A DNA stretch of 64,000 nucleotides from Thiomargarita sp. (GCA_020720115.1 DYPD01000001.1:3044-67043); one strand, 5' to 3'. Shown: positions 1-10,438, counted from the first letter of the stretch. Program-made: numbers and translations. Notes: generated from the sequence alone by a model not told the origin.

Positions 1-1471
1 CTTGCGGCGCGGTGTCGTCAAGGGGAATTTTGAGCGAACCGCGCAGGCTGAGAGTGTCCGCATCTGCATTGCCTGCTTGCAAATCGCTGGTGTGTAACAG
101 CCAACCCGATTGCCAGCGTTGCCAAGTGAGGCTGCCCTGTAAGTGCTGGAGTTTGATGGGATCGGCAAAGATCATTGACAGCTTGATTTGTGCGTCTTGG
201 CTATTGAGCGTCAGGCTGCCGACCTTGGGCGTGATATTCAACACGCCAGAAACATTCTGCACGCCGGGCAACGCCTGCCAAGGGCGGCTGCTGGCTTGCT
301 GGAAATGAGTGCGCACTTCCCAATCGTCAGGCTGGAGGAGGAAATGTGTGCTGTGAAGTTCGGCGTGGGGCTGGGTGGCGCTCAATGCCGTGCGCAGGGA
401 CGGCGGCAGCGACGTCAAGCTACTCAACAGCGGCGCTAATTCTTGAAGGCGCAAAAAGCCAATTTGTCCCTGGAGTTGCAGCCCTTGAGCGGCATTGGGC
501 AAGGGCGTTGCCAGCAACTCCATTTGGCTAGGAGGCCATTGTGCTTCTGAGGTGGCAAAGCTGAAATTATCCACCTGCATATGCCAGCCCACCGCGCCCA
601 CCGGTTGCCAGAGAATATCTGCCGCTACCTGCGGTAACACTAATTCGGTACGAGACGCGGCAAGCTGTAAATCACGCACCTGGAGATGCCCTTGCAGCCG
701 TTGCAAACGCTGGGCGTTCCACTGGGTGCGGGTGCGAAAACTCACTTGTCCACCTTGCGCATACAGCCCTAAGCCAGCGGCGGTCGGCGGGGCATAGGCT
801 TGCAGCGGCAGTTGTAAAGAACCCTCGACACTGTATTCTGCGCCGCCCTGACGTTGTAGTTGGAGTTCTACCGCATTGAAGCGCACGGGGGCGGGCTGGG
901 TGGCTGATTGCCAGACCAGGCTGGCATTGTGCAGTTGAATGCGATCCTGCTGTAAAAACCAGTGCAACAGCCGGTGAAAATGCGCCGCTGCGCTAGGCTT
1001 TGCAAAACTATCTGAAGACGCGGGCACGCCGCTTAAGCGCAATTGCCGATCTGCCTCGCGGTTGAGGGTAAAATAACCGCCGTCAATCTCGATATTTTGT
1101 GTAATCACTTGCCCTTGCAACAAGGAAGCGATTAAATCCAAACGCAGTTGCGCTTGCTTAAAGCCCGCCACGCCCTTGCCTGCGTTGTCGCTCCCTATTT
1201 GACTCATGCCTAGGTGCAACACCGGCGTCCACGCTTGCCATTCAGTGCGCACGCTTTGCAGCTTAACGGGTTGTTGTAGTGCCTGGCTGAGCCAGCCTTG
1301 GAGTTTAGGATGATAATGCTCTAGCGCAGCAAACCCCACATAGATTCCCAGTAGCAGCAAGCCCGCTAGCAATACACACAGAGAAAACAAGCGCCACAGC
1401 AAATGTAACAGCACACGTCCCACCGCCAGCACATAGCTATCGCGTATCACATACTCAACAGAAGATTTCAT
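1..1471 (-). CDS. YhdP/AsmA2-family membrane protein, N-terminal part (3' end lies beyond the left edge)
   Basis: Absent from the ORF track because there is no stop inside the window. Hand translation from ATG at 1471-1469 gives MKSSVEYVIRDSYVLAVGRVLLHLLWRLFSLCVLLAGLLLLGIYVGFAALEHYHPKLQGWLSQALQQPVKLQSVRTEWQAWTPVLHLGMS... I checked this frame line by line down to position 2 and found no stop. An N-terminal TM anchor followed by a repetitive beta-rich region is typical of YhdP-like proteins. Confidence 0.55.
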   Translation of the reverse strand, partial: MKSSVEYVIRDSYVLAVGRVLLHLLWRLFSLCVLLAGLLLLGIYVGFAALEHYHPKLQGWLSQALQQPVKLQSVRTEWQAWTPVLHLGMSQIGSDNAGKGVAGFKQAQLRLDLIASLLQGQVITQNIEIDGGYFTLNREADRQLRLSGVPASSDSFAKPSAAAHFHRLLHWFLQQDRIQLHNASLVWQSATQPAPVRFNAVELQLQRQGGAEYSVEGSLQLPLQAYAPPTAAGLGLYAQGGQVSFRTRTQWNAQRLQRLQGHLQVRDLQLAASRTELVLPQVAADILWQPVGAVGWHMQVDNFSFATSEAQWPPSQMELLATPLPNAAQGLQLQGQIGFLRLQELAPLLSSLTSLPPSLRTALSATQPHAELHSTHFLLQPDDWEVRTHFQQASSRPWQALPGVQNVSGVLNITPKVGSLTLNSQDAQIKLSMIFADPIKLQHLQGSLTWQRWQSGWLLHTSDLQAGNADADTLSLRGSLKIPLDDTAPQ

Positions 1472-1580
1472 GGGTCAATCGAGGTTTTCAGGATTTTAAA
1501 CATGTTAGTATTTGCATCATCTTTATCTATCTATTTTTGTCATCCACTGGTCATTTATGAGGAACTGCTTTTAGAACTTT

Positions 1581-2156
1581 ATGCCTAAACAATTTTTTAA
1601 GCGGTACATGCCCAATGCTACCAGCATTAAGCAGCATCCGCGTCTGCAATTTCTAGGCTCTTTGCTTCAGGATCCGCGCCTTTGGCATTTACACCGGCGT
1701 TCTATTGCGGGTGGTATGGCGGTAGGTTTATTCTGTGCTTTTGTGCCAATTCCCTTTCAAATGGTCTTGTCAGCGGGTATTGCTGTCTATTTTCGTGTCA
1801 ATGTGCCGCTGGCTTCTGCGCTGATTTGGTTGACTAATCCTATCACCATTCCGCCGCTGTTTTATGTATTGTATGCCTTTGGTTGTTTTCTGCTGGGGCG
1901 TGAGCAAGAACCGCTACATTTTGAATTTTCCCTGACTTGGTTAATGCAGGTTTTAGATCATATCTGGCTGCCAACGCTGCTGGGTACTGTTATTGCCGCA
2001 GTGGTTAGTTCGTTTTTGGGCTATTGGATCGTGTCTTGTCTGTGGCGTTACCAGGTCGTGCGTGCTTGGCGCAGTAGGCAAAAACGCCACGCCCAAGCCA
2101 AACTTAAACACGCTCTGCGTGATGATGTCTTTCAACAAAAACACAGTAGTAAATAA
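1581..2156 (+). CDS. DUF2062 domain membrane protein
   Basis: The N-terminus MPKQFFKRYMP...HPRLQFLGSLLQDPRLWHLHRRSIAGGMAVGLFCAFVPIPFQ matches the DUF2062 pattern as I remember it. Confidence 0.7.
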   Translation: MPKQFFKRYMPNATSIKQHPRLQFLGSLLQDPRLWHLHRRSIAGGMAVGLFCAFVPIPFQMVLSAGIAVYFRVNVPLASALIWLTNPITIPPLFYVLYAFGCFLLGREQEPLHFEFSLTWLMQVLDHIWLPTLLGTVIAAVVSSFLGYWIVSCLWRYQVVRAWRSRQKRHAQAKLKHALRDDVFQQKHSSK

Positions 2157-2170
2157 TACAAGGAGTCTAC

Positions 2171-3562
2171 TTGAATATGGAACTGCTCGGTCAGTGGGTT
2201 GCACAATTAAACGGCATCGTCTGGGGCATTCCCATGCTAGTGCTGATTCTCGGTACAGGCTTATACCTGATGCTCGGTTTGCGCCTATTGCCGTTGCGTA
2301 AGCTGGGACTTGGCTTTGCCACCCTGTGGCGTGGACGCACCCCCGCGCCAGACGGCAAGGGCGACATTTCGCCCTTTAATGCGTTGATGACAGCACTTTC
2401 TGCCACCGTTGGTACGGGTAACATTGCTGGCGTTGCAACAGCCATTGCGCTGGGTGGACCCGGCGCGGTGTTTTGGATGTGGTGTACCGCTTTAGTCGGT
2501 ATGGCCACCAAATACGCCGAAGCCGTGTGCGCTGTACAGTACCGCGAAGTAGACGCCAACGGCAGCTACGTCGGGGGACCAATGTATTACATCAAAAATG
2601 GTTTAGGTAAGCGTTGGGCTTGGTTAGGCACTGCGTTCGCTATCTTCGGCATGTTGGCAGGTTTTGGTATTGGCAATACAGTGCAATCTAACTCAGTCGC
2701 CGACGCACTGTATAGCGCCTTTGCCGTGCCGCCCTGGATCAGCGGGCTGGTCATGGCGGTGCTGGTTGCCGCCGTGCTACTGGGTGGCATTCGCCGTCTT
2801 GCCGCTGTTGCTGGTCAGCTAGTGCCGCTGATGGCAGTGGTTTATGTAGGTGGGAGCCTGGTTATTTTGCTGGTCAATTTCAGCGCCTTGCCCGATGCAC
2901 TGTCGCTGATTATTCACCACGCCTTTAATCCGATGGCTGCCGCTGGTGGTTTTGCTGGCGCAACGCTTGCCGCCGCCATTCAATTTGGCGTCGCACGCGG
3001 GGTATTTTCCAACGAAGCCGGCTTAGGCAGTGCGCCTATGGCACACGCATCTGCCACCACCACCGGACCTGTCGAACAGGGCATTATTGCCATGCTCGGC
3101 ACATTTATTGACACCCTGGTGATTTGCACTGCAACCGCTCTGGTCATCATTGTCTCTGGGACTTGGCTACAAATTGATCCCGCCACTGGCAAAGCCCTCA
3201 CGGGTTCAGCCTTGTCTATGACCGCTTTCAACCAAGCATTGCCTGGCTTTGGTAGCTATGTCGTCACCTTCGGTTTAGTTATTTTTGCCTTCACCACCTT
3301 GCTTGGCTGGAGTCTTTACGGTGAGCGTTGCGTGGAATACTTGTTCGGTGTGAGAGCCATCATACCTTTTCGCCTGCTGTGGGTGCTGGCAGTGCCAGCG
3401 GGTGCGCTGCTGCATGAGCATCTGAACTTCGTTTGGCTGGTGGCAGACACGCTCAATGCTTTGATGGCACTCCCTAACCTGATTGCTCTGTTAGCCCTGA
3501 GTCCGCTGATTTTCCGTATAACTCAGCAGCATTTTAGCCGACAAGCTGCGTTAGGCAGATAA
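2171..3562 (+). CDS. alanine/glycine:cation symporter (AGCS family)
   Basis: 463-aa polytopic protein. It carries the AGCS signature SPFNALMTALSATVGTGNIAGVATAIALGGPGAVFWMW. Confidence 0.85.
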   Translation: MNMELLGQWVAQLNGIVWGIPMLVLILGTGLYLMLGLRLLPLRKLGLGFATLWRGRTPAPDGKGDISPFNALMTALSATVGTGNIAGVATAIALGGPGAVFWMWCTALVGMATKYAEAVCAVQYREVDANGSYVGGPMYYIKNGLGKRWAWLGTAFAIFGMLAGFGIGNTVQSNSVADALYSAFAVPPWISGLVMAVLVAAVLLGGIRRLAAVAGQLVPLMAVVYVGGSLVILLVNFSALPDALSLIIHHAFNPMAAAGGFAGATLAAAIQFGVARGVFSNEAGLGSAPMAHASATTTGPVEQGIIAMLGTFIDTLVICTATALVIIVSGTWLQIDPATGKALTGSALSMTAFNQALPGFGSYVVTFGLVIFAFTTLLGWSLYGERCVEYLFGVRAIIPFRLLWVLAVPAGALLHEHLNFVWLVADTLNALMALPNLIALLALSPLIFRITQQHFSRQAALGR

Positions 3563-3567
3563 TTCCC

Positions 3568-4362
3568 ATGCCCGATAACAACGCCGAAAATTTGCCCGTC
3601 CGCCGCCGTCGTCGCGGCATTTATTTATTGCCCAACCTATTTACCACCGCCGCTTTGTTTTCTGGGTTTTATGCCATCGTCGCTGCCATGCACGAGAAGT
3701 TTGAAATCGCGGCAATAGCGATTTTGATCGCTATGATTTGGGACATGCTTGATGGGCGCATCGCTCGTTTAACCAACACCCAAAGCGCCTTTGGTGCGGA
3801 ATACGACAGCCTGTCCGATCTGGTGTCTTTTGGCTTAGCCCCCTCGCTACTCATGTACCAATGGGGACTGGACACGCTAGGCAAATCCGGTTGGTTGGCG
3901 GCGTTCATTTACACCGCCTCTGCCGCCCTACGCTTGGCGCGTTTCAATACCCAAATCGCCACTGCCAACAAAGCCTTTTTTCAAGGCTTACCCAGCCCCG
4001 CTGCGGCGGCTTTGCTGGCGGGCATGGTGTGGGTTGGTAATGATTATGGAATCAACGGCGAGTCTTTGAATTTCCTGATTTTTTTCGTTACCATTGGCGC
4101 AGGTTTGCTGATGGTTAGCAATATACGCTATCGCAGTTTTAAAGACCTGGATTTGAAAGGCAAAGTGCCCTTTGTGCGAGTGCTATTGATGGTGCTGCTG
4201 TTTGTGCTGGTGTCCATTGATCCCTCACAAATGCTGTTGCTGTTTTTCGCCCTCTATGCCTTATCGGGACCCGCTGTGACCTTGCGCCTGTTGCGCCAAC
4301 ATCTGGCATTACGCCGTAAACGCGCTGAGCGTAAGGACACAGCAGACCCACCGCCGCCTTAA
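3568..4362 (+). CDS. pssA: CDP-diacylglycerol--serine O-phosphatidyltransferase
   Basis: CDP-alcohol phosphatidyltransferase motif DGRIARLTNTQSAFGAEYDSLSDLVSFG. The protein is multi-TM and the size fits. Confidence 0.85.
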   Translation: MPDNNAENLPVRRRRRGIYLLPNLFTTAALFSGFYAIVAAMHEKFEIAAIAILIAMIWDMLDGRIARLTNTQSAFGAEYDSLSDLVSFGLAPSLLMYQWGLDTLGKSGWLAAFIYTASAALRLARFNTQIATANKAFFQGLPSPAAAALLAGMVWVGNDYGINGESLNFLIFFVTIGAGLLMVSNIRYRSFKDLDLKGKVPFVRVLLMVLLFVLVSIDPSQMLLLFFALYALSGPAVTLRLLRQHLALRRKRAERKDTADPPPP

Positions 4363-5111
4363 CGCGACGGCGGTGTACATTCTTGCACCGCTTTCAAAAT
4401 GCCGCGCAATAAATTCACTTCTGCTTGTTCTAAGCCGGTGCGGTTGAACAAGCGGTGCAAGCGCCGCACTAAACGCTTGGGTTGCGCGGGATCGTAATAG
4501 CCGATGTGCTCTAAAGTGGCAAACAAGTGCGCATAAAACCGCTCCAAATCCTCGCTGGTTGCTGGTGCAAAGCCACGTTCTTCGGGCATTTGTGCCACTG
4601 CCTCCGGCATTTGCGCAGCCGCCCAACAAAGGCGCATTTCGTAGCAAAGCACCTGCACCGCCGCCGCCACATTCAGCGAAGAAAACTGCGGATTAGTGGG
4701 GATTTTCACCAAAAAATGACAATAATCCAACTCCTCGTTGGTCAATCCCGAATGCTCGCGCCCAAACACCAACGCCACTTCGCCGCCAACGGCTAGGGTT
4801 TTTTCCGCGCACTGGGTCGGATCAATTTCCGGCCAAGGAATACTACGGCTGCGGGCGCTGGCGCCAAACACCAAACGACAGCCCGCCAAAGCCTGGGGTA
4901 AACTTTCGCACACCTGCGCCCGCTCCAAAATCCCGCTGGCGCCAGAAGCGCGGGCAGTGGCAACGGCGCTGGGAAAAGTATGGGGTTTGACCAGCATCAA
5001 CTGGCGCAACCCCATATTCATCATGGCGCGAGCGGTCGCCCCTATGTTACCTGGGTGCGAAGTCTCCACCAGCACCACGCGAATCTGTTCCAGCATTATA
5101 CAATCACTCAC
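4359..5111 (-). CDS. trmJ: tRNA (cytidine/uridine-2'-O)-methyltransferase TrmJ (SpoU family)
   Basis: N-terminus IRVVLVETSHPGNIGATARAMMNMGL, C-terminal TrmJ-type extension, 250 aa. Confidence 0.8.
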   Translation of the reverse strand: MSDCIMLEQIRVVLVETSHPGNIGATARAMMNMGLRQLMLVKPHTFPSAVATARASGASGILERAQVCESLPQALAGCRLVFGASARSRSIPWPEIDPTQCAEKTLAVGGEVALVFGREHSGLTNEELDYCHFLVKIPTNPQFSSLNVAAAVQVLCYEMRLCWAAAQMPEAVAQMPEERGFAPATSEDLERFYAHLFATLEHIGYYDPAQPKRLVRRLHRLFNRTGLEQAEVNLLRGILKAVQECTPPSR

Positions 5112-5168
5112 TTTGTTATAAAAATCAATAAATTAGGTTAAAGGCTTCAAGCCAGGCGGCATTTTAAC

Positions 5169-5945
5169 ATGATTGACACCCATTGCCATTTAGACGACGC
5201 AAGCTTCGCCCCCGATAGAGACGCAGTGCTGGCGCGGGCGCGGGCGGCAGGCGTACAAGCGCAGATTATCCCCGCCATCACCGCCGCCAGTTGGACAGCA
5301 ATACGCACGCTCTGTGCGCAGCACGCGGATTTATACCCAGCTTACGGGCTGCATCCTATGTATTTAAGCGAACACACCAACGACCATCTGGAGGCGCTGG
5401 CGCATTGGCTCGAACACGAACAACCTGTGGCGGTTGGCGAATGTGGACTGGATTATTTTGTTGATGGCTTGGATCGCAGCGCACAAGCTTTTTTCTTTCA
5501 AGCACAACTACAGCTTGCTGCTGAGTTTCATTTGCCGCTGATCATTCATGCGCGGCGGTCAGTGGATGAGGTGCTGAAAATGTTGCGCCATTTTATCCGA
5601 CGCGGGCAGCCCTTAAGCGGCGTAGTACACAGCTTTTCGGGCAGCGTGCAACAAGCGCAACAATTGATAGACGCAGGTTTTTACTTGAGTTTTGGCGGTC
5701 CCGTTACCTATGCACGCGCCCAACGCCTGCGCTCCTTAGCGCAAAGCCTACCGCTGGAGAGCATTCTGCTGGAAACAGACGCCCCCGATCAGCCCTTGGC
5801 AAACCGCCAAGGGCAGCGCAACGAACCCAGCTATTTGTCAGAAGTGTTAGCAACAGTGGCACAATTGCGCGGCTTAAGCCCCACCGCATTAGCAGACGCC
5901 ACTAGCGCCAACGCTCGGCGCTTATTTTCGCGCCTACCCGCTTAG
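5169..5945 (+). CDS. TatD-family metal-dependent hydrolase
   Basis: MIDTHCHLDD start, GECGLDY, IIHARR and ETDAPD motifs. Confidence 0.85.
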   Translation: MIDTHCHLDDASFAPDRDAVLARARAAGVQAQIIPAITAASWTAIRTLCAQHADLYPAYGLHPMYLSEHTNDHLEALAHWLEHEQPVAVGECGLDYFVDGLDRSAQAFFFQAQLQLAAEFHLPLIIHARRSVDEVLKMLRHFIRRGQPLSGVVHSFSGSVQQAQQLIDAGFYLSFGGPVTYARAQRLRSLAQSLPLESILLETDAPDQPLANRQGQRNEPSYLSEVLATVAQLRGLSPTALADATSANARRLFSRLPA

Positions 5946-6166
5946 CCTTGTTCTCGCCAAGCCTTAGCAGCCACAATGTTCACAGATTCATGCAGTTCCG
6001 AATACGCCAGCAACGCCTCACCGCGTTCTAATTGCTGACGCACCGCCTGCACTTTTTCCGCAAAACTGCACTCTTGGTCGCCATAATCCGAGCCTTCGCG
6101 CAGCACAAAATGCTCAATAATGTTGGTCAAAGTTTCAGGTTCTAAGGCATCAATAGGGATAAGCAT
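5942..6166 (-). CDS. yheU: YheU family protein (UPF0270)
   Basis: 74 aa. MLIPIDALEPETLTNIIEHFVLREGSDYGD...SELHESVNI closely parallels E. coli YheU as I remember it. Confidence 0.7.
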   Translation of the reverse strand: MLIPIDALEPETLTNIIEHFVLREGSDYGDQECSFAEKVQAVRQQLERGEALLAYSELHESVNIVAAKAWREQG

Positions 6167-6167
6167 G

Positions 6168-6671
6168 TCACATGACTCTCTGTTGCGGATATTTTAAGCG
6201 CACGCGCAAATGCCGAAAGCTGTCAGCCGCTACACTGTCTGCACAAATCAACAAGTGATCGCTACGCCCATTCGGCAAACGCAGATAAATCAACACAAAC
6301 CAAGGCTGTACACGACTGTCTTCAATGGCGGCAACCTGTTCATCATCCAAATACAACTGATGATGCTGCAAGACCAATTCGCGCGGCAGCCTGCGCTTGC
6401 GCCACAGCAAATGCCGCTGCACGCTATGCCAAAAGTGCCCGCTAATCGCCAGCCACAGCAACCAGCACATTCCCCAAGGCAGCGGCGTTAAAGCCACGCA
6501 CACAGCCGCGCCTATGTGCGTAAAACTCAGTAAAATCAACAAACAATGCGAAAAGCCTAAATGCAGGCGCAAAGGCTGGCGGATATTCAACAAGGTTTCA
6601 ACCCTCAGCGGGAAATTGCTGCAAAGCAGTAAAAAATAAAACTGGCTATAATGGGTTTTTTTGATAACCAT
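6168..6671 (-). CDS. YgfX/CptA-like inner-membrane protein (DUF1434)
   Basis: Two TM helices (LLILLSFTHIGAAVCVALTPLPWGMCWLLWLAISG) plus a C-terminal LLICADSVAADSFRHLRVRL. These resemble E. coli YgfX (..WLAADSMDEAEWRDLRRIL). The track ORF runs to 6716. I prefer the internal ATG at 6671 because the longer form abuts the ppa start. Confidence 0.5.
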   Translation of the reverse strand: MVIKKTHYSQFYFLLLCSNFPLRVETLLNIRQPLRLHLGFSHCLLILLSFTHIGAAVCVALTPLPWGMCWLLWLAISGHFWHSVQRHLLWRKRRLPRELVLQHHQLYLDDEQVAAIEDSRVQPWFVLIYLRLPNGRSDHLLICADSVAADSFRHLRVRLKYPQQRVM

Positions 6672-6718
6672 AAGCAGGCAACAGATTTTACTCCTCAACT
6701 TCTTTAAGGATACCACTC

Positions 6719-7267
6719 ATGAATCTTGACCGCGTAACTCCAGGCGAAGACGTACCCAACCATGTCAATGTCATTATCGAAATCCCTGCGCACAGCGATC
6801 CGGTAAAATACGAAGTAGATCATAAAACGGGCGCCATGTTTGTGGATCGTTTCATGAGCGCCGCCATGCACTACCCCTGCAACTACGGCTATGTACCTCA
6901 TACTTTGTCAGAAGATGGTGATCCGGTAGATGTGTTAGTGCTCACGCCCGTGCCCGTCATCAGCGGCGCAGTGGTGCGCTGCCGCCCGTTATCGCTATTG
7001 CGCATGACCGACGAATCAGGACCGGATGCAAAGATTTTAGCGGTGCCCGCTGATAAGGTTTGTACCGATTACCGCAACGTCAAATCTATGGATGATTTAT
7101 CCGAATACTTAATTCGCCGCATTGCGCATTTCTTTGAACATTACAAAGATGTAGAACACAACAAATGGGTTAAAATTGATGGCTGGGAAGATATAGAATC
7201 TGCCTATGAAGAAATTCGCCGAGGCATAGAGCGTTACAATCAAGTACCAGAAAAACCCTTGTTCTAA
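6719..7267 (+). CDS. ppa: inorganic pyrophosphatase
   Basis: [30 protein letters not shown] and [11 protein letters not shown] family I PPase motifs. Confidence 0.95.
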   Translation: MNLDRVTPGEDVPNHVNVIIEIPAHSDPVKYEVDHKTGAMFVDRFMSAAMHYPCNYGYVPHTLSEDGDPVDVLVLTPVPVISGAVVRCRPLSLLRMTDESGPDAKILAVPADKVCTDYRNVKSMDDLSEYLIRRIAHFFEHYKDVEHNKWVKIDGWEDIESAYEEIRRGIERYNQVPEKPLF

Positions 7268-7278
7268 GCAACCACCAT

Positions 7279-7306
7279 AAAAAAACCGCTAAAAAGCGGT
7301 TTTTTT
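7279..7306. terminator. bidirectional rho-independent terminator (ppa / convergent asnB-like gene)
   Basis: aaaaaACCGCTaaaaAGCGGTtttttt. A 6-bp stem flanked by an A-run and a T-run, lying between convergent genes. Confidence 0.7.
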
Positions 7307-7357
7307 ATGCAAACAACGCCACAAAGCATCGCAGCACTGCTGAGTGAATAATCCTTT

Positions 7358-9109
7358 CTAGTGCGCATTGAAAAATTGCTCATACCAAAGCATAAAAGTG
7401 ACTAACATCCAGAGCTTAAGCCCGTGTCGTTGTCCTTTAACTGCCACTGCATCATAGTTCACAATCTGTTGTACATAGTCAGGATTGAATAAACCCAGGC
7501 GGCGTATGCGTTGTTTAGATAAACGCTGGCGCGCAAAGCGTCGCAATTCACCTTGAAACCAATAATGCACCGGCACGCGCATCCCAGATTTCGGACGCTC
7601 GATAATGGGGCGCGGCACTAAATCATGCACCGCACGTTTTAAGATGCTTTTTTCGGTCGCGCCTTCCAGTTTGAGGTGCGGTGGCACGCGCATACTGGTC
7701 TCGATAATGCGCCGCGAAAAGAGCGGCGGCAACGCCAGTAAGCCATTGGCAGCAGTCATTTTTTCGACCTTGACCAAAATCAGATTAGCGCCTTTGAGAC
7801 GGATGTTAGTCGCCATCAATTTATTTAGCAGGTGCTTAGGCTGTGCGGCATGAAAAAACGGCTGAAGCAATGCGACTAAGCCTTTATCACCTTGAATTGC
7901 TTTGTAAATATCCTGATTTAAGAGTTCTGTCAAATCCGTATAGGCGCGTTGAAAAGCATGTAAATATTGGCGCTCTAGCCAGCCATCCGCCGCTTCACTG
8001 CCTGGGCTTCCATATAAGTGACTGAGCAGCATAGGAATATTTTTGGGTCCGCCAAAACAGGGATCGCCGCCTTCACCGTTGAGCACCACTGGCGTGTGTT
8101 GCGCGGCAAATTCCGCCAGCAAATAATTGGGCATGGACACGGGATCGCCGATGGGATCATCCAGACGCCAACAAATCTCTTCCAAGCGGTCGCTGAAGTG
8201 CTGCGGGCGCACTTCCAACAAATGGTGTTCAGTGCGGCAATGGCGCACCATCAGGTCAATAAATTCCTGTTCATGCGGGTATTTTGTGCCGAAATGCACC
8301 GAAAAGGTGGGAAAAGTCTGTTGCGGGTGCAGGTGCTTTGCCATCGCCAGCACCGAACTAGAATCAATACCGCCAGACAGGAAAAAACCTGGTGTTTGTG
8401 CGCTAGTGTGCAGGCATTCTTCAGTTGAGAGCGCCAGCGCCGCCCGCACTTGCGCAACAGAGTCCTCAGTCGTGTGCGGGTCCTGCGCTTGCCATTCCCA
8501 TTGTTCAAAGTTAAACCAACGGCGCAGGCTGACTTGTCCGTTGCGAAAAGTCAGCAAAGTACCCGGCTGAAGTTCATAAACTCCTTCCAACATAGTGCCC
8601 TCGCCAGGTACAAAGCTAAAGGTGAAATATTCCGCCAACGCCGCCGGACGCAGCTTTTTATCTAATTGGCTATCGGCAAACAAGGCTTTGATTTCACTAG
8701 AAAATAATAGCCGTTGTCCGGTCTGCGCCCAATATAAGGCTTTCACGCCCGCCGCATCACGCAGCAAATAAAAATTTTCCCCCGCAGACCAGGCTAAAAC
8801 AAAAGCACCTTCTAAGTTTTCAGCGACCTGAGCACCGCCGGTTTTAAGGCGGTTCAAGAGTTCTTGAATTGATGAACTATTGTGATAAAAAACTCCGGCG
8901 TAACCTAAAGCTGCTTGCGTTGTGTGTATGACTTGTGCGGCAGTGTTAATGCGGTTTTTTCCATGCCCAATTTCTATTCTTTGGGTGTCTTGTTCAACTG
9001 CACAGTGCTCCCAACCTTGTCTACAGCGATGCTTAAGCAACTGCGCCATGCGTTCTAATAAACCAGGCTGTGCTGTACCACAATAACCAAATAATGCACC
9101 CATAATCAC
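7358..9109 (-). CDS. asparagine synthetase B-family amidotransferase-like protein lacking the N-terminal Cys nucleophile
   Basis: PP-loop FFLSGGIDSSSVLAMA. AsnB-like N-domain (LLRDAAGVKALYW, FSSEIKALF). The N-terminus is MIMGALFGYCG, not MCG. Confidence 0.8.
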   Translation of the reverse strand: MIMGALFGYCGTAQPGLLERMAQLLKHRCRQGWEHCAVEQDTQRIEIGHGKNRINTAAQVIHTTQAALGYAGVFYHNSSSIQELLNRLKTGGAQVAENLEGAFVLAWSAGENFYLLRDAAGVKALYWAQTGQRLLFSSEIKALFADSQLDKKLRPAALAEYFTFSFVPGEGTMLEGVYELQPGTLLTFRNGQVSLRRWFNFEQWEWQAQDPHTTEDSVAQVRAALALSTEECLHTSAQTPGFFLSGGIDSSSVLAMAKHLHPQQTFPTFSVHFGTKYPHEQEFIDLMVRHCRTEHHLLEVRPQHFSDRLEEICWRLDDPIGDPVSMPNYLLAEFAAQHTPVVLNGEGGDPCFGGPKNIPMLLSHLYGSPGSEAADGWLERQYLHAFQRAYTDLTELLNQDIYKAIQGDKGLVALLQPFFHAAQPKHLLNKLMATNIRLKGANLILVKVEKMTAANGLLALPPLFSRRIIETSMRVPPHLKLEGATEKSILKRAVHDLVPRPIIERPKSGMRVPVHYWFQGELRRFARQRLSKQRIRRLGLFNPDYVQQIVNYDAVAVKGQRHGLKLWMLVTFMLWYEQFFNAH

Positions 9110-9110
9110 T

Positions 9111-10376
9111 TTAACCTATGTTAAATGAGCTGGCAGATAACCGCTTAAACTCTACGACAGAACGAGTCACGCAATCTTCAATAGACACGCCATTCAGGTA
9201 ATTTCCGGTTATTGCCAAAGGTAAAGAGTGCAACTGTTCATCAAGCTGATGTACTAGCCATTGGTGTTCTACCCGCAGTGCGGGTAAAGCATTTAACTTT
9301 GTTTGCCATTGTAAAATATCATTCTGTGCAATACCTAACACTTGACAGATCAGGCGGCGCTTTTCTACTTCAGAAAGCTGTTGTGGCTTGAAATGAAAAG
9401 TAAAACCACGATAGGTTTCATGTTCTACCGTGTCTCTGGAAACCATCGAATAAAATCCATTATCCACCGCAATAATACCCGCCAGTTGTTCTAACTTGAG
9501 CGCAGTTTTTTCTACTAAAACACCCACAGACTCTACTTGCACGGTTTGCACAGGCGTTAGCAGTTCAGACAGTGCGGGGAATGCAGTTTGTAATAAGGTT
9601 TTAGCCGCCTCTACGGGTGTTGCAATGGTTAAATAACGACTGCGCACTAGCGTACTGGCGTTTGTAGTGTCTGTGTGTAGTTGTAGACTAAACTCAGGGT
9701 GAGAAAAACTGAGTTCTTGTACGCTGGTTTGAGTGCGAATTTCAATCCCAGGTGCTTTGCTGATAGCCTCTGCAATGCTTTGCAAACCCTGTGGAAAGGT
9801 AAAGCTCTTCAAAACTGATTTGTGCCTTGGTTTTTTCCGAAACAAGAGTTCTGCGGGAAATTCATCTGCGGTTTGGCAAATCACGGCATTGAACGCATGT
9901 TGAAACACGCGCTGGTAATTGGTATTTCCGAACAATCCTGTGTAATAGGCTTTGACGGTACGCCCGCGTTTGGGTTCTAAAAAGAGCTTTAGCGGAGTTA
10001 AAAACAAGGGCAACCAACTGAGTTGCGAAGGGATTGAATAGCTTTTTTCATTACGCCAGAAACGAAAAATTGCGGTGTTTTTCTTGCGGGCTTGTTCTAT
10101 TAAATGTAAATCTTGCAGAATATCAATTAAATTACCATATGAATTGAAACAAGAATGTGCGCCCATTTCTACCCAGAAATCTTGTGCGGGCGTTTGAAAT
10201 ACATGCGAATGTAGCGCACCGCCGAGGCGCTCAGTTGTTTCCAACAACAACACTGACCAGCCTTGTTTGGCGCACCAATGCGCCATGCTCAAACCGCTGA
10301 TACCGCCGCCGATAACGATCATGTCATAGGCTTTTTCATTGGCTGAAAAAGCCTGAGTTGTGGTATTTTGTGCCAT
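9111..10376 (-). CDS. FAD-dependent oxidoreductase (amine oxidase / protoporphyrinogen oxidase-like fold)
   Basis: Dinucleotide-binding [41 protein letters not shown]. Its stop lies 1 nt from the asnB-like start. Confidence 0.75.
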   Translation of the reverse strand: MAQNTTTQAFSANEKAYDMIVIGGGISGLSMAHWCAKQGWSVLLLETTERLGGALHSHVFQTPAQDFWVEMGAHSCFNSYGNLIDILQDLHLIEQARKKNTAIFRFWRNEKSYSIPSQLSWLPLFLTPLKLFLEPKRGRTVKAYYTGLFGNTNYQRVFQHAFNAVICQTADEFPAELLFRKKPRHKSVLKSFTFPQGLQSIAEAISKAPGIEIRTQTSVQELSFSHPEFSLQLHTDTTNASTLVRSRYLTIATPVEAAKTLLQTAFPALSELLTPVQTVQVESVGVLVEKTALKLEQLAGIIAVDNGFYSMVSRDTVEHETYRGFTFHFKPQQLSEVEKRRLICQVLGIAQNDILQWQTKLNALPALRVEHQWLVHQLDEQLHSLPLAITGNYLNGVSIEDCVTRSVVEFKRLSASSFNIG

Positions 10377-10438
10377 TCTTTCATCCTTGTTTTGTGCTTG
10401 CCAGCATGACTGGTGGGCGCATTAATATAGAGTCATAC

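Noticed and set aside
12-797. Four overlapping plus-strand ORFs of 61-100 aa at the left edge
   Set aside because: They lie antisense to the open minus-strand YhdP-like frame, which runs uninterrupted from 1471 to the window edge.
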